A DNA stretch of 64,000 bases from assembly GCA_002269645.1 (NCBI GenBank), contig NIVC01003405.1, positions 35,446-99,445 on the forward strand, in the 5' to 3' direction. Numbering within the stretch: the first letter of the stretch is position 1; each line of letters starts with the position of its first letter. The translations under genes were made by a program, and so were the position numbers. Shown here piece by piece: positions 12,439-24,683 of this stretch. The notes under the pieces were generated by a model that was not told the origin of the DNA, ran no database searches, and worked only from the letters and a program-made list of their open reading frames with translations. Source of the DNA: Macrostomum lignano (taxonomy: Eukaryota).

Positions 12439-15400
12439 TTTAAACCAATTTTTAGTTGTGTTTTTTACTGATCTCTTTCCAGCTGTCGTACGTGTTGTTC
12501 CCACAGCGCGGTACTCCTAAAAGTCAGTAAAAGCTTTTATAGCTACGAGTGTATTGTTAAATAAATGAAAGTCAATGTTGCACCGCGATCCTCTTGAATG
12601 TATTTACGCGCATCTTAATTTTTTCAACTTGCTTCTTCTTTCGATGAAGTGCGAAACGTACATATATGCACATGTAGCATAATGGAAGGCGTAAAACTTA
12701 CAAACGGATAAACTTAAAAACTTGTTGATCGACAGCGATAGATCAATAACTATTTAGGAACAATTTATTTTGCAGATAGCGTATCCGTATTCTTATTTAT
12801 TTTTTGATCAAGTTCTTTGTCATCTTGCGAGACGAGCGGGCATACTAGAGCAGATTTAAATAAGTGCCAATATAAGGTACATATATACAGTTTTCTATTT
12901 TAGAGAACTTTTATAAGTTGAACAATTTTTTATGAAAATGAATAGAAATTTTAAACATATTTTCTATAACAGCTTCCATAATTGAATCCATTCTTATAAT
13001 GCGGTAATACAAAATTGTTCAGAGCTTTTTATCGGTCGCAATCTTTTTGAGACTACAGGCAAGCTTGCCTCGTCGTTTCGTTTCGGGAGGGGAGCTCTAA
13101 ATTTTCCAGCACGGGAATAAGAGGAAGCCATAGTAGGATAGGTAATTGTATTTTGATTAATTAATTCAATAAAACATAATAAAAATTAAACATAAAACCA
13201 GCCGCCCCATCATTTGATCAAATCAATTCTGAAAAAAACGTCACTTGTTATCTAGGTTAGTTATTTAGTTTTAACTTCCAAATTTATTTACTAGGCCTAG
13301 CCTAGGATGACCTAGCTCTAGTCTAGATAGTCAAAGCTAAGCTAGGCCTAAGTTGCAGGTTAAATCTTTTGTATGCTAACTTCGTTTTTTGTTTACTGCT
13401 TCTCTGCTTCCAAGTTTCCTCGATTTTAATCTTTTAGAATAAAAAAAGCCTTAATTGTAAAAATGATCTCAGATTAAGCCCTAGTAAGCCTAGGCCTACT
13501 AAGGGCAAGGCCATCCCTATTCTGTCAAATAATGACAAATTAAGCATATTAATTATTTTAAATGTTTCACTTTTATTTTAGACACTGCCACTGGTCTTCA
13601 AATTTTAAGTCATTAAATGGCTTTGAGCCTAGCATTCTAAATTAGGCTAAGCCTTAGGTTTATTAACTTTGACCTTGAATTTAATAACCTTGCCTTTGCT
13701 AAGCTAGCCTTGAATGTTGGATTTAATCATAACAATTATAAGAATCTTAACATCTAGTTTAACAATATAGGCCCTAATATTAGGCCCTAGGGCTTGGCTT
13801 ATTTAAAAATTATTAAACAAAATTATAATATAAAATCTTATAGGCCTAGATTTCTCATGATTATTTAACATGATATTCAAAAATTGATTAGGCTATTTAA
13901 TTTCACCTTATTTTTCTTATAAATAAGTTATAAGGCCTACTCAAAATCAAGATTTTTTATTATATTTCTTAATACCAAGTCAAGTGGTTAGGTCCTAAGT
14001 TAAATAAAAACAAATGAGATCAAGTAGGCCTAACACATTTGATGATAATTTGTAAGTATATTATATTTATGTTTACTTTTATATTTCAAGGAAAAAATTA
14101 GTTTTTGTATAATAGGCTTAACAAATATTTTTATTAATTATATTAGCATTAATTTCTATTACAAAGCTAGGTCTCTAATATAATTTTTATATAATTATGT
14201 TATATATTGCTTTTTCTAATTGAATAATTTAGGTTTTTAATATATTATACTATACTTCCAAAGATATTGTTTTAAAAGGAAAATTCTTATATTGCATTAA
14301 GGTCCTAGAGTCCTAGACAGTTTAGTAGGCCTACTATGTACATGGCATGCATCAAGGAGTTGGCAAAGTTTTTTGGTATGCTTTGCATAGCAGTGTTACA
14401 TATATAAAAAGGTAACAAATTAATAATGCATGATACCATGGTCAGTACTATATAGTATCTATGCCATGGAAAATAAGTCAAAAAAAAAGTAATGCAAAAA
14501 GGTCCTTGGCTTTATTGTTGCAACACAAAAAAGTCTTATTGGTGCAATATTCCAATTTGCAACCCTTTTCCCAATCCATTGGCGCATACTTGATAGATTT
14601 CAATCTTAAATTGTATTTTTAAATGTTTAATTTCTAGGCATTATATTTTATCTCAGGCCTAGTTTAATAGGTTAGAGCCTAGGTTTTTTGCTAGTACTGA
14701 GTTGCTAAATTGCATCTTTAGTCTAATTTAAAAATGCAACTTTTAAGTTTGGATCCTATAGGTATAAGATCATTAAACAAATATAGGCCTAGTTTTATTT
14801 ATTTAGGCTATTCTGATGAACTTTTCTTTATATTTAATGCTTATTCTAGATAAAAAATTAACTAAATTTGAGTGTGATATAAATTATTGCATTGTTAATT
14901 AAAAATTCCAATGGTATAATTATTGCATCGATTGCTTATTTATTATACCAACCATTAACAATGCTATATTAATTTAAAGTTCTTCAGCCATGAAAGTTAT
15001 TTACTTTGCATGGTGTTCTAAACTTTATACATTGTTAGTTTTATACTAGGCTACTATAATTAATTTGGATTTTAGTGTATTAAATTGTTATAAAATTATT
15101 ATGCCTTGAAAATAAAACATTATCTCTATAAATATATTCCATTTTTAAAATATATAATCAATTTTTGCATGCATCCTTGTGTAAAAATATATTTAAGTTC
15201 ATTGTTGTCTAGTATGTTACCAGATAGTGTTTTTTGAAGTTTTGATAAAACTGAAATATATAAGTACATGCTTAATACCTGGCCATCTAGCTAATAAGAG
15301 GCCTAGCCAAGAGTAAGTTAAAAAAATGCCAACCCCAAAAATAGATTAGTACTTGTTAAATAATGAAATATTTAGCCTTAATAAGACCTTGTAGTTATTC

Positions 15401-17040
15401 TTGCCAATACCCAAAATTGAATTAATTTTTCATTTAGGGTTTCTTTCACAAGTAAAGTTACATTTTTTGGTAAAAAAGGAAGCTATATAGCCGGTGTAAT
15501 TAAGGGAAATTGTGCATATACGAAATGAAATGTAAATGTACTCATCATACTTTATTAATAGAAATGTAATGGCAAAAGTTATAAAGACAAAAAATAAACA
15601 CATTAATATGTATAAGCAAAGCAAATAGGCAAGATAGCAGGCAAAAAAGAATAAGTACATTAGCAGGAGTAAATAGACACACCCTGAGTATATTAAGACT
15701 AGCTAGACTATTTAAAACTAGATGGTAGGATAGGTCTATGGTGCCATATCTAACTAAACCAATGTGAAGAGCAAAGTAGATCTCCCTAGCAATTGGCTTT
15801 TGGGCTATACTTTATTAGGAACTGTAGCCCCACTTTTATCACATGCTGTTTTAATGGCTTAGACCCTCTTAATCTTATTAAAGTTGACTTCTAAGAAAAT
15901 TTAAAATAAAAAGCAAAGCATAAAATATGCATTGTTGTTCTCATTTTATTTTGTTGTAACTGGTTAAAACCTTCATTTTTCTATATGCCTTTATAATTAT
16001 GGCCTGGTAAATGGCAAAGTCATAAATGAAAGCCAAAGTTGTCAATAAAGTTGGGATTCAATTCAATTGTAGCTTTTGAGAGTCAAATCCCACTGTTGAT
16101 TCAGACAGAGAATCAGTGAAATTAAGAAGATTAAGTATAACACAATAGAAGTAGATGTAGAGAAAGCCACTAAAAACAAAAATGACTACAAAGGACTCTG
16201 ATCAAAATGCTATGTATCCTATGAAGTAGAATCCACCTACTTATAGGCTCTTTTAAAGGAGATTTAATATATGTATTATACTATAGTTATAGAGGTATGC
16301 CTACATATAGACTATAGCTAGATATAGCTTTGGTTATTATATATTATCAGTGTAATCATATTATTTGTAGTATACCCAATTTAAATGCAACAAGTTTGAC
16401 TTGGTTGTGTAGAATTACAGGCTTTGATATTGGCTGTCTTAATTAAATATGCATAATAATGCATATGATATCAACAGCCTGTAGTTTCTACCAATCTAGT
16501 TTTTCTGTTGCTTGATCTACATTCACCCTTACTATTTAAATTTTGTTCCTTTTATAAATTATTTGTTTATTGACTGCACCTTATTTCCCACGAGTTCATA
16601 AAATGTTAGTTAGGGTTGCTATTGTGTCATTTGTGGCCCTGATCCTTGAAGGTAGTGCACAGCAGGTCATCTATATGTATCCAGCAATACAAACTAGGAC
16701 AAGCACAACCCCGGCAACCGCCACTTAGCAAAGCTGTCCTCTGGCAGTCTGATAGGGCCTCAAAACTGCAGAACTGCCCAGCCCTTGCAGAATAAGACAC
16801 TCAACAGTCACGGACAGCAAGGAGAAATGATAAATAACCATCAACCTGATATTTAATGCAGTAGAAAGCCACTGGCACTATTAGGAAGACTATGAGTAGT
16901 TGCCATGCCATGGGTAGTTGCTCTGGCATGTGGTACACATTTAGAACCATTAGATTAGAAGTCTGTTATGGTATGAAGCTTTTGAATGTTCACAGATAGC
17001 ACCTGCTGGAATACAACTTTGCCATAAAGTATAGGAATAT

Positions 17041-17643
17041 TGAACAACAACAACAACACCCGCCAGCCACGCAGTGGCTAGAAAGGGGGGAGAAGTCAGA
17101 GAGCGCGTCTCTGGGCCAAAGCCCTCAGAAATTCACACCCCCAGCTTGGTCCGGGGCGCCAGCATCGGTCAAAAGCCTGTCAGGGTCTCTCGCCGTTCGC
17201 CCTTGGCCTCGCCTGCGCAGTCCCTGCAACTTGAGCAGCAGCGGCTCAGGGCAGCGAGTCTCCGACCGGATGACGTGGCCAGCCAGTCGAAGTCGCCGCC
17301 CGCGCAGCAGGTCAGAAGGCCGCATCAGGCGTGTCCTCGTGTAGAGCGAGGCGTTGGTCTCGCTGCCTGGACCGCTGCGCACTCCGAACGCCGCACGCAG
17401 CATGGCCGCATGCGCGGCGTCCAGCTGCCTCTCCGAAGCGTCCGTCAGGGTCCAGGTCTCGGCGTTGTACAACAAGACAGTCTCAACGTCTGAAACAGCC
17501 GAGCCTTGAGCCCGTCATCCAGGGCCTCAGAATGGAGCAGTGAGCACGGAGGGCACAGACCGAAACGCGGCCTCCCGGCAGCGTCTCGGTAGTTGATCTC
17601 GGCAGGCAGGTCGGAGGGCACCGTGAAGACTACCGTCTTCAGG
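17041..17643 (-). mobile_element. 5'-truncated RTE-clade non-LTR retrotransposon 3' end
   Basis: LYNAETWTLT...RRLRLAGHVIR matches the conserved RTE RT C-terminal domain. (GTT)n 3' tail near 17043-17058. 8-bp TSD aggaatat at 17033-17040 and 17644-17651. Confidence 0.85.
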
Positions 17644-17920
17644 AGGAATATCAAAACTGTTATCTGGGTTCAAGAATCATAATATTATTTAAAAGCTAAA
17701 AAACTTGGCATTAAAGGAGTTTGAATCATCTCCAGAATAAACTCTTGATTAATTGAGGTTAGGGTAGGCCTAAGTGGTGTCAATTGGCCCTTTGAACTAT
17801 TAACCTAGGAGTTAGGAGTGGAGTATTTAAGTCCTAGCATTATAAACTTGCTCCAAAAGATTGTTTCTAGCAGTCGACTATTTTCCTAAGCTCCTACGAG
17901 TAGAGCTCAACTATTTTTTA

Positions 17921-18102
17921 CCAAATACACTACTGAGATAGGGAGTTTTCATTTTTCAGCACAAAAAATGTTATTACTATCGATTGGAGGCAGATCCAGT
18001 ATTTATTTTTTTATATGCTGGCCTTTCTGCCTCCAATCGAAAGCAATAACATTTTTTGTGCTGAAAAAAGAAAAATTCCTATCTCCGTTAGTGTATTTTT
18101 GG
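17921..18102. repeat. Foldback/MITE-like inverted repeat, ~75-bp arms
   Basis: ccaaatacactactgagatagg...cgattggaggcaga (17921-17994) pairs with tctgcctccaatcga...cctatctccgttagtgtatttttgg (18026-18102). Confidence 0.8.
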
Positions 18103-19161
18103 GGAAAACCTGGCTTTAAAAATTTTCCAAGAACGAGGTTTCCCGTCCTACTACTTGAGGACGTCCTTGGTATGATAGAGTAGGCCTGTGGATCAATTCT
18201 ACAAACTGCATATGCTGCTAGATACCTGTCGACAGCTTAATAATTATTTGAGTGCTGCATTTGAATGCGGTTGCGACAATAGAGTACTCGATACTCTAAA
18301 GACGATATACGCTTGCATTGACGCACAGTTCTCTAAGTACTTCAAGGACACCCTACTTCGTCCGTATGACTGCTAAGACTTAAAAAGTTTTAAAAAATTC
18401 TTATTCCAGCTATTTTTCGCTTCTTTGTGTTTTTAATATCCACTTGTCTTCACTCGTTTTATTTAAGAGGCCTGCAACAAATATTTTAGTTTGCGACTGC
18501 AAGGTTACAATTTCGCTGAAAAACCATGCGCAAGTATCATTGACGAGCACTGCAAATTGAGAGTAGGATTAAAAGAAGACAAAGAAACACCTCAAGCAAA
18601 GAATGGCTTTCTCACGCAACTCAGCACTTAGTTCTTCAACAGTGGAGCTGCATGTAGACTCCATCTGCATGGGATCCTTCGAGTTTCGGCTACAAAAGAA
18701 TTTGAGCTTAGTTCTCTGTGAGGTTTACAGATAATGTACGAGCCGTACGGAAACAGCATATGTGCGGGCGCGTCTTTTACTCACATCACTAATGGACAGC
18801 CAAATAGCTAAAAGTACTTCCTAAATTTCAATTATTTCAAGTGCTTCAAAGGATGAGAACGCACATTTCAAAGTCTTCATTCGCTTTTTGAGAGATTGTT
18901 GGTACAGTTGTGGACTACTGGTAGTAGGCCGCCAGTTTTTTTCGCAACTTTTCTTTCAGACCAGATTTATTGATTGATCTCTACGAGTTCTGAGGCCCGA
19001 TAGACAAAGGCTAGAAAAGGTCTTGTTCACACATCAATACACATCTCGACCAAAACGCTTGAGCATCAGGTGTGTAGAAATATAAAATCAGTTTATTAAT
19101 AAAGATAAGTTCTCGAATTCGTTTTTAAAAAACAACAAAAAATGAATCAGTCAATCGGGCT

Positions 19162-21222
19162 TTAGAAGTGTGGACGGCGTCGGCGTCGGTCTTCTCTCAT
19201 TTTTCTGAGCGCGTCCAGGCGCCACCGCCGGCCCTCACGTCCGAAGCGGGCGTAGGCGCCCAGCGTGACCGCTCGGGTCGGCAGGCCGCTGCCCAGTAGC
19301 CACACTTCTATGCGGTCCGACGACTGCAGACTCAATGCGTCAGCATCCGTTTCCAGAACCTGCGCAGGTTCAACGCGCATCTTTAGCTATATATGTAATC
19401 AGGTAGTTTTAGACTGGCTTATGTCACAAAATAAATAATGTAGTATCGTTAACCATGTATATAATGCGCGGTCACAAACCCCGAACACCCTAGAAATTTC
19501 TAAATTTTCATTCCCCTTAAATTTTCGTTTGCAAGCCTTTGTAACTCGTACTAGTCGTAAATTTCAAAAAAGCAAATGTTCGTTTTTTTTTAGTTTTTTA
19601 AAGCTGCAACATTCTATATAGCTTTCTATACACACCCATTGAATTAGCATCTTATCCTGATTGAGGCTGCACCCATTTTCTGCAGCTGCCTCTGCGTAGC
19701 GAGCAAGAGAAAAAAGGCTGGTTGCTCCTTCCTTATTGGCCTGCCATTGGAAGAGCTATAATTGAGGGAGCACCCCAACTGCCAGCCGGAAAACTGCCAG
19801 CCGACAACTGCCAGCCGGAAAACTGCCAGCCGACAATTGCCAGCCGACAACTGCCAGCCGACAACTGCCAGTCGACAACTGCCAGCCGACAACTGCCAGC
19901 CGACAATTGCCAGCCGAGAAAACTGCCAGCCGGAAAACTGCCAGTCGACAATTGCCAGTCGACAATTGCCAGTCGACAATTGCCAGCCGGAAAACTGCCA
20001 ACCGACAACTGCCAGCCGAGAAATCTGCCAGCCAACAACTGCCAGCCGACAAGTTCTAGCTAATTGAATCTACTGTAGCCTACTTATTCGCTAAGTAAAA
20101 AGCACGAAACTGTTTGGCTAGCAAAAGGCTTGTGGGGTAGCCTTAAATGTCGCCCTTCCCTTCCCTAATTTTTTCAGATTTCCATTAGAAGTATATATGT
20201 GAAGGAGAAGGCATTCTGTAATGCCTATTGTAAATATTTCTGTATTGAAAGTTTATTTACTTTATTATTTAATTTGCGATTGCTATATGACGCAATCCTA
20301 GATAAGTCTATTAAATTACTTTACTTAAATAAAGCTTTCAAAGAAAGAGCAAAGGCTACCTAAAATACGAAATTTGAATGCCTTCTCCTTCACATATATA
20401 CATGTACTTCTAATGGAAATCTGAAAAAATTAGGGAAGGGAAGGGCGACATTTAAGGCTACCCCACAAGCCTTTTGCTAGCCAAACAGTTTCGTGCTTTT
20501 TACTTAGCTAATAAGTAGGCTACAGTAGATTCAATTAGCTAGAACTTGTCGGCTGGCAGTTGTTGGCTGGCAGATTTCTCGGCTGGCAATTGTCGACTGG
20601 CAGTTGTCGGCTGGCAATTTTCCGGTTGGCAGTTAGGGTGGACCCATAATTGAGATATCAATGCTTATTGGTGAAGTTGCCGATGTGTCAAGGCTCATTG
20701 AGCTACATGTATAGGAAGTTGCTGAGACATCATGCAATATGCTAGGGGAATTGCTGAGATGTAAAGACTCATGAGGGGGTTGTTGAATTGCTGTGGCTCA
20801 TGCGGGTTGCCAACTGCCGAGATGCCAAGGATCAATTTGGGAGTTGGCAAAGTCCAGGTTAATCTCTTTTTTTAAGCTTGAGCATATGGCGCATCGAATC
20901 TTGCCAATTGAACATGTACTTGCTAAATAATTACATGTACAAACTAAACTCGCACATTTACCTGCAAATCATTTTTTACAACTCTCCGAATCGGGCCTCT
21001 CATGTGCTCACTTAGTGATCTCATTAGCGCCGCTAGAGGCCCGCCCTTGGCTGCGCTGTAGCCGGGACGGTCAACCGTGAGCCAGTAATAGTACGGATGC
21101 GGGTCGTCGACCTTGCGGGCCAGTATAGACAGCCGACTGCCACTAGAAGCAGCAGACGCAGCCGCAAAGATTAGGATACTCAAATAAGAACAGACTGTTG
21201 ACCACCGCGCCAGTATGACGCT
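19162..21222 (-). CDS. Putative two-exon orphan gene (possibly secreted); start codon not identified
   Basis: Exon A open 21222-20962 ending CAG|GTAAAT (phase 0). Exon B 19359-19162 after cag (phase 0), ending at TAA. AATAAA at 19092-19097. Hydrophobic N-terminal stretch. No recognised homology. Confidence 0.35.
19766..20645. mobile_element. Foldback-type non-autonomous DNA transposon with long TIRs containing ~14-15-bp tandem repeats
   Basis: Left arm 19766-20216 and right arm 20377-20645 are reverse complements, with fewer repeat units on the right. Both ends start GGG..CACCC.AACTGCCA. 8-bp TSD ataattga at 19758-19765 and 20646-20653. Confidence 0.85.
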
Positions 21223-21718
21223 TCACTTTGATTTAACGGACTTAAACAGCTGCAGTTCTGCATGCGAACTGCTCTGTCATCTGCACTTATATACACATGT
21301 AGTAGCGCTGCTGCATTTTAGAGTTCATTTTGAGCACAAGCCGTGTGAGCCAATGACCTCACTCATGCACCAAGATCTTCAATTTTCAGACTGATTAGGC
21401 CCAAGCTACACCTGGCTTATCAGAAAAGTTTAACAGTCAGTCATGAGAGCTTTAAAAAATTCTTTATATAATGGCCATTTACACAGCAACACATTCGCTA
21501 AGGTACTGGAATAGAGCATTTATTGTTATGAATATTGAAAATCAATAATTATAAATCACTAATATTTGTAGATGCAGAATGCAAACAAAATGAACAGCTT
21601 TTATATACTACTGTAAGTAGCTTTAGTATATACAGTCTAGAAGCAAGATTTAATGGAAAATTTCCGATTTAAAAACAGATTACTCAACATATCGTCTGCT
21701 AATCAGTTACAGAATGGG

Positions 21719-22543
21719 CTAAGAAGCGGTGGCAGCGGAGGAGGCGGCCGGCTCGCCCTTCACCTCGGTGTTCAGCCTGGCCTGCTCCTTCTGGATGCTG
21801 GCATGCAGCCTGCCGAGCCGCTCCTGCGCATTCTGAATGATGTTGTTCACCAGCATCACGCGCCGTTTCGCGTTGTTCAACTTCTTCACGTAGGCTTCCA
21901 GATCGACTGGCGCCGACTTCTCGTCAGTGATGGCGCACAGCAGCTCGGCGACGGAGTCGATCTGAGCTCGAAGCTCGATTTGGCTGAGCCGGACCTGTTT
22001 TGTTATGATTATCGTATTTAGTTGGAAAGTACATGTAAGACGCTGCAACCACATGAGTCGTGCCAGCCAGCCCCCAAGGCAGAGTGTACATGCCTGACGA
22101 TTAGAAGTCAGTGCCGCTGTACACCCCGTGTGAGCGTGCAAAGCCGGCCTGAGAATTTCGACGCAAGCTTTTCTATCTTTTTATGCACTAACCATGATCA
22201 ACTTTGCTTAACTTGCGCTAGCTACACAAACTGACAAAATCAAAGAATTTGGATTCGATCTCAGGACTTCCGGTTCCTAACAAGAGTTTTTTCTAGTTGC
22301 TCAACTAACAAGAGGTGCAATGCACTGGAAAGCTGAGTAATACTCATTTTTCACTGTTCCTGTCTGGCACACCTGCGTTACTCTGTCGTCAATCTGACGA
22401 ACTGTGGGCTCCAACAGGGACAGCAGGCCGTGAGTGAACTGCTGGCGGATCTCCAGCTCTGACAGGGTTTGAGCGTCGGCCGCGGACCCAGGTTCACCGC
22501 CGCCTTGGGCTCCACCGCTGCCGTTGCTGCCGCCGCTTGCCAT
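21719..22543 (-). CDS. SNAPIN: SNAPIN (BLOC-1 subunit 7), 2 exons: 22543-22373, 21994-21719; 148 aa
   Basis: Spliced protein ...FTHGLLSLLEPTVRQIDDRVTQ|VRLSQIELRAQID...VDLEAYVKKLNNAKRRVMLVNNIIQNAQERL closely matches SNAPIN. GT-AG intron, phase 0. AATAAA at 21519-21524. Confidence 0.93.
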
Positions 22544-22613
22544 GTATTCACATGCAGGACATGTTGGCATCGTGAACAGCTGACTCGCTCAGTCATCTGG
22601 GTGATGGGGAGGG

Positions 22614-22830
22614 GTAGCTGACTCACTAAGGGGGCAGCTAACACACTAAGGGGGCAGCTGACTCACTAAGGGGGGGGGCAGCTGACTCACTAAGGGGGGG
22701 GCAGCTGACTCACTAAGGGGGGCAGCTGACTCACTAAGAGGGGGGGAGGGGCAGCTGACTCACTAAGGGGGGAGGGGCAGCTGACTCACTAAGGGGGCAG
22801 CTGACTCACTCAGGGGGCGACTGACTCATT
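22614..22830. repeat. Minisatellite gcagctgactcactaag(g)n with variable G-run, ~9 copies
   Basis: Tandem copies just upstream of the SNAPIN start. Confidence 0.9.
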
Positions 22831-23074
22831 CAAGGGCAGTTCAATCATCTGGGTGTTGGGGGGGGGGGCAGCTGACTTACTCAATCGTCTGATCAATATG
22901 CGTCAGAGAAAGTTCAATGGGAACTAAATAAAGATTAGCCAAAAAGCAAAAATTCGAATTTATTTATTTAAAAAATGCATCTGTACAATAAGCCAGTTTA
23001 ATTAGCAACATCAACTCAAACAGTTCTATCATTACTGCATTACTAAAGAAACGAACTACCAATACACGAAAACG

Positions 23075-23572
23075 TTAAGCGCCAGCATCCCGGCCTGCCC
23101 GGCCATCCTGTCCGTCAGCGGCCGGAGGCGCCATCAGGCGCATCTCGCGCAGCTTCTCAGCCTGCCTGTCGCGCAACATCTGCCGGGTCTGAGCGACCCG
23201 CCTGTCCAGCTCTGCCTGGCGCTCCGCCTCCCAGGCGCAGTGGGCGGCGTCCGCCTCGGCCAGGCTGCCCACCCCGTAGAAGCCCATCCGGCAGCGCCGC
23301 CTCAGCTGGTGGAAGATCAACCAGCTGGAGCCAATGAAGGCGGCCAGGCCGACAGGCGCCACCCAGGCGGCGATGGTCCGGCGCTGCCAGCCGGTGAGGT
23401 GCAGTCGGCGGCCCGGCCACTCCGGCTCGGTGACCCGCCTGTGCAGCCGCCTGCCGGCCAGCCACAGTGGCAGGCTCGAAGTCAGGCCGGCGACTGTTGC
23501 GGACACGACGAAGCAGCGTCTGTATGCAGTCAGGCGGGGATCAGATGACTGCAGCTGGTCAAGGTTTTGCAT
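23075..23572 (-). CDS. Small two-TM membrane protein, weakly TMEM141-like, single coding exon, 165 aa
   Basis: GC-rich ORF with coding-like composition. DPRLTAYRRCF...TM...TM...RRRC loosely parallels TMEM141 HPGLGEYAAC...SEKC. Coiled-coil C-terminus. AATAAA at 22959-22968. Confidence 0.55.
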   Translation of the reverse strand: MQNLDQLQSSDPRLTAYRRCFVVSATVAGLTSSLPLWLAGRRLHRRVTEPEWPGRRLHLTGWQRRTIAAWVAPVGLAAFIGSSWLIFHQLRRRCRMGFYGVGSLAEADAAHCAWEAERQAELDRRVAQTRQMLRDRQAEKLREMRLMAPPAADGQDGRAGRDAGA

Positions 23573-23641
23573 TGCCGACCTGCTGGATGCTGCTGAGGGT
23601 GGCGAATTCGGTTGAAGATGCGAGACTCTGATTTGAATCAC

Positions 23642-24683
23642 GGGTCAGTGCCCAATCTGATGGGTCAGTGCCCAATCTGAAGGGTCAGTGCCCAATCTGA
23701 TGGGTCAGTGCACAATCTGATGGGTCAGTGCCCAATCTGATGGGTCAGTGCCCAATCTGATGGGTCAGTGCCCAATCTGAAGGGTCAGTGCCCAATCTGA
23801 TGGGTCAGTGCCCAATTTGAGGGGTCAGTGCCCAATCTGATGGGTCAGTGCCCAATCTGATGGGTCAGTGCCCAATCTGATGGGTCAGTGCCCAATCTGA
23901 AGGGTCAGTGCCCAATCTGAAGGGTCAGTGTCCAATCTGAAGGGTCAGTGTCCAATCTTATCTGAAGGGTCCGTGCACAATCTGAAGGGTCAGTGCCCAA
24001 TCTGATGGGTCAGTGCACAATCTGATGGGTCAGTGCCCAATCTGATGGGTCAGTGCCCAATCTGATGGGTCAGTGCCCAATCTGAAGGGTCAGTGCCCAA
24101 TCTGAAGGGTCAGTGCCCAATCTGATGGGTCAGTGCCCAATTTGAGGGGTCAGTGCCCAATCTGATGGGTCAGTGCCCAATCTGATGGGTCAGTGCCCAA
24201 TCTGAAGGGTCAGTGCCCAATCTGATGGGTCAGTGCACAATCTGATGGGTCAGTGCCCAATCTGAAGGGTCAGTGTCCAATCTGAAGGGTCAGTGTCCAA
24301 TCTTATCTGAAGGGTCCGTGCACAATCTGAAGGGTTAGTGCCCAATCTGAAGGGTCAGTGCACAATCTGATGGGTCAGTGCCCAATCTGATGGGTCAGTG
24401 CCCAATCTGAAGGGTCCGTGCACAATCTGATGGGTCAGTGCACAATCTGATGGGTCAGTGCCCAATCTGATGGGTCAGTGCCCAATCTGAAGGGTCAGTG
24501 CACAATCTGATGGGTCAGTGCCCAATGTGAAGGGTCAGTGCCCAATCTGAAGGGTCAGTGCCCAATCTGAAGGGTCAGTGCCCAATCTGAAGGGTCAGTG
24601 CCCAATCTGAAGGGTCAGTGTCCAATCTGAAGGGTCAGTGTCCAATCTTATCTGAAGGGTCAGTGCCCAATCTGATGGGTCAG
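23642..24683. repeat. 20-bp minisatellite (gggtcagtgcccaatctga[t/a]), ~50 copies
   Basis: Direct tandem array between the NUP205 3' end and the next gene. Confidence 0.97.

Noticed and set aside
18188-18376. 62-aa ORF starting at GTG
   Set aside because: Short, non-ATG, adjacent to a MITE-like hairpin, and with no recognised homology.
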